In this document: in pieces, positions 54,730 through 64,000 of the stretch
Position numbering within the stretch: the first letter of the stretch is position 1
Layout: every line of letters begins with the position of its first letter
DNA from: Octopus sinensis
Taxonomy: Eukaryota
Reading direction: 5' to 3'
Length of the DNA stretch: 64,000 nucleotides
Assembly (NCBI RefSeq): GCF_006345805.1
Contig: NC_043015.1
Coordinates: 3,844,001 to 3,908,000, forward strand
The notes under the pieces: model-generated
What the model saw: the letters and a program-made list of their open reading frames with translations, nothing else
Databases searched by the model: none
Told to the model about the DNA's origin: nothing
Made by a program: the position numbers and the translations under genes

Positions 54730-56129
54730 GCTCTAATATTACATTTAAATAATAGGTACGTATCTGTTGTTTAGTGAGTGATGCTTATTTTTTAAAGATA
54801 GTTATTTAAGCACTTTATACCGATCAATGCAGGTATATTCATTTAGATTTCGTGTAAACCTCTATGAATCAAAGGCAACAATTTCAGATCAGCTTTTGTT
54901 TCACTACTGTTGCAGGCCACTCGATCCAGGAAGAAAGCATTTGCCATTGTAACATTGCATTGTCAGCGTCAATAAATTACGTATCCCTTCTATAAGCAAA
55001 TGTGCTCTTAACTTTATTGACTATATAATGTTATTTTGCTGATATTTCAATATTAATAGTCATGACATTAATATAATCATATATTGACTATATAATTACT
55101 CATACAAGTATGTGACATCAGTGACATAAAAAAATATATGATTTATGCATAATATTTTTTTCCTATAGCCTTTCCTTTTTCCTTTGCCTATTGTCAGAAA
55201 GGACACAATTTTGATAAAAGTCAAATCCAATAAACTTCACAAGTCTCTTCATTGAAATGTAATCACAACCTGTCAGCAAGTACATTAAGTATTTTCCCGC
55301 TCCACATTTCTATCTTGTTGCCTGCTCCTTAAGGCTCACGATATTATTATATTAGTCAATGGCTAGCGATAATCATCTGTCTGATATAACGGAACATTAA
55401 TGCTTACTGACACAATTTCGTTATCTCTGTCTGCCAGAAGTTAGAAAGGAAAATAAGATGAAATTATAGCACAACATAGAAATCGTGTCTTCCTCCAAAA
55501 TTTCATTGTCTTCGTACAAAAATCCGTGATCGCTATGTTAACTTGTAAGTGCAAAAAATCTCCTACTAGAGATTACTGCTGCGTAACCTTTAATGGAAGG
55601 TTTTCTGAACCTGAGCATATCTGAAACAAAAGATCACCACATAAAATCCTTCCCTTCCAATATGCCGTATGATATTTAGCTTTTGCATCATATTGCTGCA
55701 CGTACCTAATATCTGTCTTACAAGTACAGCTTGCTATTGCTCTGAAAGCTTCTGGCTATAAGTTCTGAGAGTTTTTGTTTAGACGTACAGAAAGTTCTAC
55801 GTCACGCAGAGTACATATGACGCTTCTAGAGGGAAATATAGCACTCTTATATGACTCTTATATGACTCATATTTTAAATCAATTACAACGATATATTAAT
55901 GATTCCATATTAAACATTCCATACTGAGAATGATTATTACGCCAAAACACTCTCATAACATATTTCCTCAATGCACTAACACTAATTCTCATAGGCTGAT
56001 TCCGTTACTCTTTTGAGAATATTGCACAATGTGTTTACTATCATATCGTTCCTTTTGCCACGATAGTTCGTAACTGCTGAGATAGCATTATTCCGTAAAA
56101 CAATTAAAGATACTATTCAGGCTCGAACT

Positions 56130-57300
56130 GTTGCAATTCAGCGGATATTCAACACAATGGAATTCACATAGCCGGAGGATTTCTAGAATGCGTTCTTTCA
56201 ATTCTCCTGGGAAACTTACGTTGCTGTTCTCTCTCAAAATCGGTTTTGGAGTTAATGCTTTGATATTGTTGCTTACAAATGTCAGCGACAGCAGCAGACA
56301 TCACTGCGATACTGGTTCCCATTAAAGTGTTTTTCCATTTTGAGAAATAATCATATGGGTTCAAATCGGGAGTAGAGGGAGAGTGATCAACTAGTTCAAA
56401 GCCACAGGCATTCATTGCAGCCGTTGAATCGAATGACTTTTGTGCAGGGGATTTCACCTGATGAAGCAGTACACTTTTCGTCAGTTATCCTGGGCGGATG
56501 GTCTTAATAGTCTTTCGTAACTGCTTCAGCAATGTGGAATAGCAATCTTCATTTATGGTGGTACCCTTTAGAAAATAAAAAATAGAAACAATGCCTTATG
56601 CATTCCTAGAGACTAAGACCAAAATGTTCCCTGCAGATACTTCGAGCTTGGCCGAACTTTAGTGACGGTGAAATGGGGTGTTTCCACTGTATGGATTGTC
56701 CCTTTATCTCTGGCTTAAAGTGTGGAAGTCAGCACTCATCCTATATTCAAGGGAACCGCATGGATTTGCCTCAAACATTGTCAGATTTTCTCGTGGTATG
56801 ATCTGCTTATGTGTTTTTGATCAGGTTTCAGAAATGTGGTCCCCACTAAGCAGAATCCTGCGTCATGTCAATTTCGTTGTGCAAAATATTCCCAACTCTT
56901 CACGGGATACTCTTATAGCATTGGCTTATCGTTGATGGATATCATCCTTCACTATTTATTGAAAGCGATCCAAATTTGGGTTAACGTCCGGTCTCTCCCT
57001 TCCTCTCCCCAATTCAGCTGCCCAAAGTTGCTCTGTTGATAAAGCTTTTTCCTCTCTAGCAATTATAATTGCAACAATGTCATTGAGCGTAATACCTTTC
57101 CTCTGCCGTACCAAGGGTGCCAACTGTCCATTTTGAAGACAATTCGCTAGGTTTCAAGCTTTTGGACAGCCAGGTGCCATTTGAACTGAAAAAAACCAAT
57201 TCACGTACAAAGATGCTTTGAAATAACCGCATGCAAAATTTCACAGCTCTAGCTTTACTCCTTCATTGTAGCCTGCGGACTTTTCTGTCCATCGTCGTAT
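56130..57300 (-). mobile_element. Mariner transposon, near full-length decayed copy
   Basis: Minus: begins TACGACG; KGTTINEDCYSTLLKQLRKTIK..RPG*LTKSVLLHQVKSPAQKS..CGFELVDHSPSTPDLNPYDYF. Confidence 0.85.
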
Positions 57301-58715
57301 TTCCTATATAACGTTTTCTCTGATTCAATGCTACGTAGGAATGGTTTCCCTGTAATTTGACCATTGTCAAATCTATTTTGTGCTTCTGAAATTTTGATAT
57401 GTATATATGCAGCAAACTATGCAAAAAGGAAAATTAATAGTTTACTAGTTTCAATATTTCAATATAGCCTACACCGTTGTCACCGTTTGTATATTTGATT
57501 TTATTCCATGCGATGCTGAAACACATATAATATATTTAAAAATATAGTCATAACGTTAAAGTTGAATGTGTTAAGTTGCGTGAAGGCTGTGACCTGATAT
57601 TTTTATAACTGATTTCAACTTTGATATTGGTAGTAAAATAAAATAAGACGGATATTGAAGAAATATTTATAACTATGAAATGATTTTTGCATAATCGATA
57701 TGCAATTCGTTCTCACATTTGTTTTCTGTCTGACTCTGGATGATTTGAAAAGATAGCTGAATATATTTGTGGAAAGATATATACAACAACTACGCAATGT
57801 CTAGACAAATTTAATCAGCCTTAGATCAATTTATCTTTGTTTACTAATTTCATTTTACGGCATGCTTAGATTGAAATATAAGCTTGGCGGCAGCATGGTT
57901 TCAATTGTATGGAAACGAAAACCTTTCAAACCCGAATTGAAATGAAAATAACTATAAGTCTGTTGACTTGTTCATATCTCGAAATAGAAAAGAAAGACAA
58001 ATATTTCTAGTGCAAGTAAGCTAATAGCAATATCATCTTATTTGTCAGTATATAATGAAATTTGTCTGTAAAAGTATGATGAGGCTCTCAAAACATACAT
58101 TGTAAAATATGTTACAAGATAAATATTTTGCTAAATTTAAAGCAGCAAAATCGATCGCAAATGAAATGTATTTAGCGTTAATCAAAACATATCAACTCCT
58201 TCCTTTGCCCAGGCGCACAACAACACACGCACGCGCACGCGCACGATATATGATATAAACACATTTAAATGGAGATGATTTGGATCTGATATGAGTATAT
58301 TCTGCGTTCAAACAGTAAATAGTTATTAATATTCTATGATTAAGTGCAAGAAATTCTAAACCATAAGCAAAACTGCTGCTATATTAGAAATAATAAAGTG
58401 CATTAGGATAGGTATATTACGTTCAGTTATATAGCTTTCTTCTATTAGCAAGCAAATCTCCTATTTTCTTCTGCACGTCCACCAACAATTTACCACTAGA
58501 TAACCTCTGGCTTGTTTTCTCTCAGTACTGAGTTCATATCAATCACCCGCCCTCGCCTTATTTACTATCAGTGGTAAAATAGCCGGAACTTTCGACAAGC
58601 ACAAGATCACAGATTTGAAACTGGTTCTCATTCCTGCATAGCTTAAGGCAATCGATCTACATCTACTCAAGGTAACTTAAAATCTACGGTTTTAAGTCTA
58701 TTTATTGTAAATATA

Positions 58716-58893
58716 TATTTGTTTACTATCCACAAGGGGCTAAACACAAAGGGGACAAACAAAGACAGACAAACGGATTAAGTCGATTACATCAACCCCA
58801 GTGCGTAACTGGTACTTAATTTATCGGCCCCCGAAAGGATGAAAGACAAAGTCGACCTCCGCGGAATTTGAACCCCGAACGTTACGGCAGACG
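58716..58893 (-). mobile_element. SINE family A body, 5'-truncated
   Basis: Reverse complement of the family A body unit. Confidence 0.88.
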
Positions 58894-59000
58894 AGCTTCT
58901 ACTACATCCCTCACAAACATCTCTTTCTCATCTTAGTAGATGTTAATTTGCGAGATTGTACCTATAACATACATATAATTTGGTACAACTCATACCAAAG

Positions 59001-59034
<34 letters not shown>

Positions 59035-59555
59035 TATATATTAATGCATATAAATATGAATTTTAAACAACCGCACGTGATTTCAGAAGATATTCTTCCG
59101 AATAATAGTAAATGTGTTTATTCAATATTGCTTGGAAATTTTCTTATATTCTGGGATTCGTATAACAATACGAATTTTCGTAATAACAACTTTTCATATA
59201 AAATGCGATATATAAATTTTGTCAACGCTCTAAATGAAAAAAATAAAAGCAATAAATATACATTGTGTAATGTGCTCTAAATTGAAATCTGCGTTTATCA
59301 AATCTTTTAAATGCAATGCCACGTCATTCGGTATTCTCTCAAGAACACCACAATGCTCGATTCACAAGTCTAAATAATCTCCCGTTTTGCTGCCAGTTGC
59401 AATACTTATCTGCCAAGAGATATCCAGTATAATCTTGCAGGTAAAATAAAATCTATGATCTACGCACTAAACCACGATACTGAGAAAATGAAAACGTAGC
59501 ATCGGAAGAAAGAAACTCAGAATATAAGACAGGAAATAATGCTGCGAAGCATTTT

Positions 59556-59645
59556 GCAAAGTCGACCTCGGGGATAATTCTAATTGAGAACGTAGCGGTA
59601 GTCGAAATGCCCTTAAGCATTTCGCCCGGCGTGCTAACGACTCTG
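59556..59645 (-). mobile_element. SINE family A head fragment
   Basis: Minus: CAGAGTCGTTAGCACGCCGGGCGAAATGCTTA..GAGGTCGACTTTGC. Confidence 0.8.
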
Positions 59646-59661
59646 GAAGCACACAGACTTC

Positions 59662-59682
59662 ATAATAATAATGATGATGATG

Positions 59683-59748
<66 letters not shown>

Positions 59749-59821
59749 TATGTAATGTTTTTAATGTTAAAGCAATAGCAAATGCATGAAAATATTCGTC
59801 TTGATGGATTCATAAAAGGGC

Positions 59822-59900
<79 letters not shown>
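59662..59900. repeat. Two (AAT)n microsatellites
   Basis: Direct reading, 59662-59747 and 59822-59900. Confidence 0.95.
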
Positions 59901-59901
<1 letters not shown>

Positions 59902-61448
59902 TAATAGTAAAAACAACGACGTCAATAATACAGAAATGCCAACGATTATAAAAGGATGGAATGATGCTATGAAGTGCACAAACTATAAAAGTAGTGGTAC
60001 AAATTCTAGAAAAGAAATGAATGGAATGAGCTAATATCAAGAGAAAGAAGAAAATATATATAAAAAGCCAAACAATAGACTTTTGAAAAAGAAAACAAAC
60101 TGAATTTCTATTAACAATATACGTAAGATTCGGGAACAAAGCTGCGCACACAGAAGTCCAGGATAGGTTTACATTACATTGTTGAGTTCATGGTAAGAAT
60201 CATGATCTGTATAATAATACGAAAATCTGTATTTACCATAAATAATAATCATTTAATTAAAATAAGAACAATGATTTTAGGTTCCTTCTCTCAGTTTTCA
60301 GTAGCATATAACTTTAGTCGTAATTCAGCGTGTTGTTTTGTAATTGATACTTGCTTCTCATAGAAACATTATACGAAATCCAATCCCAATCGTGAACTAT
60401 GATCAAATATTTGATATTTACTTATTTAATTTATATAGTAAAGAAAAAAAATATTTTTTTAAATATTTAACACTGTTTTTTATGCTATATAAATTTCATT
60501 GAATTAAGAATAGAAATTGTAATAATATGAGTAAAAGGATAAACATCTCTATTACTAATGATATCAGTAATGGTATTTAGAATGTTATCTTTAAATGTTG
60601 AACCCATCGTTGAACTTTACTTAATTGCATTAGATTTTTGCTACGGCGTACACAATATAGCAGTTCTCAGATGGATGTCATGCAATAGAGAACAGAAAGG
60701 TTTCTATTTTGAACACCATTTCAAGCATGTAATTAATTCAAACAAATATATATATATTTTTATGTTACATTTCCTATTACATTATATTTATTTTCATTTT
60801 ATTTTCAAATAAAATATATTCTTGTTTATTTCATTTTCTGTGTATTTTCCAATATTATTTTAGTATGTACTTTTCATATTATTTATTAGGTAGATTTTGT
60901 GTATCTTATTGTTGAAGCGAATGAGTATGCATATGTGTCCTTGAAGTCATTGGTAAGCTATTATGTTTACGATTTTTATGTGAATACGATTTGTTAATAT
61001 ATATATATTTGTTTTGCAAGATTTTTGATGTGAAATTGTATGCTGAAACAGATATTGTTGTATTTAGGAATGGTCATTTTGCCAGTTTAGCCAATAAAAC
61101 ATACGAACTATAAATGTGGTGTTACTTTGCTTCAGCGTTATTTATTTTTTACATTAATCATAATCTTATTTCGGCCAGAGTTCATTCGTCACACTCCTGC
61201 GACCGCATCAGTGGTCCTTTGCTTTCTTCTTTCTTATTTGTGTGTCTCTCCTTTCTAACCGTCAACCATTTTGTATTTCTCTTGTATGTGTCTTCATTTG
61301 CGCATGCGTATATCTATATGTGCGTCTATGGTTAATTAGTGTGTGTGTCTGGGGAAATGCCTGTAATATGTGTATCTTCAGTTTATATACGTTCGTGTAA
61401 AGTATTAAAAGCATTTACAACAATATAGGTAGGAGAATAACTTACTTT

Positions 61449-61487
<39 letters not shown>

Positions 61488-61644
61488 AAATATTCATAGC
61501 TGAGACGGGACTTGTGGAACCATCGAACATTTCCTCTGGAGACGAAATACATGGTCCGTAAATCATTTCAGGACATACCTTTTTATAAAGAAAATGAAAG
61601 GGATTCAAAGAGAATCATAGGCGCCAGTGCGGTTCTAGTTTGTA

Positions 61645-62155
61645 GGGGTTGGGGTGGAAATCAAGTAATAAGTGTTTGTGTCAGTTTTCTGTCGAAGGTC
61701 AGTGGCTATGAGTGTGGTAATGAGTGTGTAGATAGTCGTGAAAGGAGAAACCAGTTGAGTTTTAAGTTATTTATGATGAATGTTACTGGTAAAAAATGAG
61801 AGGATTGGGATTGAATAGGAAGAATCTTTGGAGAATTTCCATATACCCATAAGTTTACATAACACCACACATAACACTCATACATTGATGGTCGTTAATA
61901 ATATCATTCTTTATCTTTTCTATCAACTGTAGTATCTTAGAAGATAACTGTTAATTCATTTTATAACCTTAACTTCTTAAATCCCATAATATTGAGTTAT
62001 AAATTTTTCCTTAAATAATTTAAAATTCAACTAGTTTCTCTTTTCACGACTATCTACGCTCTCATACCCTCATAGGTGAAAACATTTCTATAGCCATTCA
62101 CCTTAGCCATAAACACACAAAAGCACTTACAACTGGTTTTCCTCCCCAAACCCTT
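61645..62155. repeat. Old diverged inverted repeat (arms ~61645-61812 / ~61978-62155)
   Basis: GTAGATAGTCGTGAAAGGAGAAACCAGTTGAGTTTTAAGTTATTTA versus TAAATAATTTAAAATTCAACTAGTTTCTCTTTTCACGACTATCTAC. Confidence 0.8.
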
Positions 62156-62159
62156 CAAT

Positions 62160-62886
62160 CTTTTCTACTCTAGGCACAAGGCCTGAAATTTTGTGGGAGG
62201 TGACCAGTTGATTGCCTCGACCACGGTACGCAACTGGCACTTAATTTACTAGTTCAGAAAGGATGAAAGTCAAAGTCGATATCGGTGTAATTTGAACTCA
62301 GGACGTAACGACAAAAGAAATACTTATTTCTTTACTATCTACAAGAGGCTAAACACAGAGAGGACAAACAAGGACAGACAAACGTATTAAGTCGATTACA
62401 TCGAACCGAGTGCGTAATTGGTACTAATTTAATCGAGTCCGAATGGATGAAAGGCAAAGTCGATCTCGGCGGAATTTGATCTCACAACGTAACGGCAGAC
62501 GAAATACCTATTTTTTACTACTCACAAGGGACTAAACACAGAGGGGACAAACAAAGAGAGACAAATGGATGAAGTCGATCACATCGACCCCAGTGCGTAA
62601 CTGGTACTTATTTAATCGACTCCGAATGGATGAAAGGCAAAGTCGACCTCGGCGGAATTTGAACTCAGGAACTAATAACCTTTCTAACAAGACCTGAACT
62701 TTTAAGGGAGGGGGCTAGCCGATTTCATCTACCGTCAATTCTCAGCTGTTATTTATTTTACCGACGCCGAAACAATAAAAGGCGGGCGTCAACTTCGGAG
62801 GTTTCTCAAATAGGAATGTAGTGACGGGCAAAATGCCGCAGAGCTTTTTGCCCGGCGTGCTAAAGATTCTGACAACTCACCGCCTT
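62160..62886 (-). mobile_element. SINE family A cluster: three tandem bodies (62160-62670) plus an older headed copy (62690-62886)
   Basis: Repeated GGATGAAAGGCAAAGTCGA.CTCGGCGGAATTTGA; head AAGGCGGTGAGTTGTCAGAATC at the right end. Confidence 0.88.
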
Positions 62887-63296
62887 CACATCCGTATGTA
62901 ATGTATGACAGTAGATTATCAATGGTAGATTATATATATTTGACCATGCCAGGAAAATGGTACTTCGATATACGAGAATTATTATTTTTTCTATCGCTAA
63001 CATGTTTTTCCAACAATGCACAGACGTCTGGAACAAGTACTCATGAATAAATATAATATACATTAATGGAATGCTTTATGCTTGCTACAAAATTTAAGTG
63101 ATGACCTTCAAAATTTTCTTTGTCGGTAAATAGAATTGTTCTTCATAAATAATATAGATAAATTCCTGCTGAATGCATTTCCGTATGCATAAGCGTGTTT
63201 ATATCGGAAAAATCAGGATGAAATGATTACATGACAGGATGAGTTGTAGTGCATTGTCAACACTACGCCACGTTTGTAATTGCATAAATCTTATCG

Positions 63297-63343
63297 AAAG
63301 TATATTAGAGTATACCTTAAAAAGTATATTAGAGTATACCTTT
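63297..63343. repeat. 24-bp tandem duplication
   Basis: AAAGTATATTAGAGTATACCTT occurs twice with period 24. Confidence 0.9.
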
Positions 63344-63878
63344 ACTGCTAAGTTCACACAATAGAATACTTCTGTGTCTGTCTGCAGTTATTGATAGTGA
63401 TAATTTTCATATTTTCAAAACTATATAAATTCTGCTGGCAAGATAATAGTATTATGAAACTGATTCATCAAAACCGTTTTGCTGTAAAGAAATATTAGTG
63501 TAAATGTCCTGAAATTATTTCTTACCCATTATTCATTTCGAAAGACCTTGAAAGAACTGACACAAAATGTTAGTATACGATTGCACAAACGAGGAATGAA
63601 TATCGGTGCAAACTACTACTTACAACATGAAGACTTGAATGAACAACATTAATATGGTCTCAAAAAAGCCTTTCGAAATTTTGTGGGGTGTTTTGAAAGT
63701 GAATGTTCTAAGAAACGTTAATGTCCAAACGCCCATCAGATCCTGAGAAAAATGTTCATGCTGACTGAATATACCGACTAAGCCTTATGACACAAAACAC
63801 TATTCTTATACACTTCCATACTTACATAAATACATGCAACATACATATATACATAACTGCATATATATATATATATAT

Positions 63879-63939
<61 letters not shown>

Positions 63940-64000
63940 AATATATAAATATATGTAAATATATAATATATAAATATATATATATATAGATAGATAGATA

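Overview
AT-rich, repeat-saturated eukaryotic (animal) DNA with no convincing host protein-coding exon. Nearly all ORFs in the supplied track are read-throughs of (TA)n/(CA)n/(CTT)n/(ATT)n microsatellites. The SINE families and microsatellite load resemble what I recall of octopus (coleoid cephalopod) genomes; this is inference, not verified. The window holds three tRNA-derived SINE families, three decayed Penelope-like elements (PLEs), LINE relics (L1/Tx1-like ORF1 with zinc knuckle, RTE, CR1-like, R4/Dong-like), mariner/maT and Sola-like DNA transposon relics, a Gypsy LTR-PBS-gag start and a 100-N gap. The main non-obvious signal is a set of type I hammerhead ribozyme (HHR) motifs in non-coding elements, mostly arranged as long inverted repeats next to (TA)n tracts. 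These are a 485-bp-unit tandem-plus-inverted retrozyme-like element (34614-35869), a ~305-bp-arm foldback (11155-11818), two PLE pseudo-LTRs with variant cores (one with a compensatory U3-A8 pair), and a tRNA-head/(AAT)n/decayed-HHR composite.
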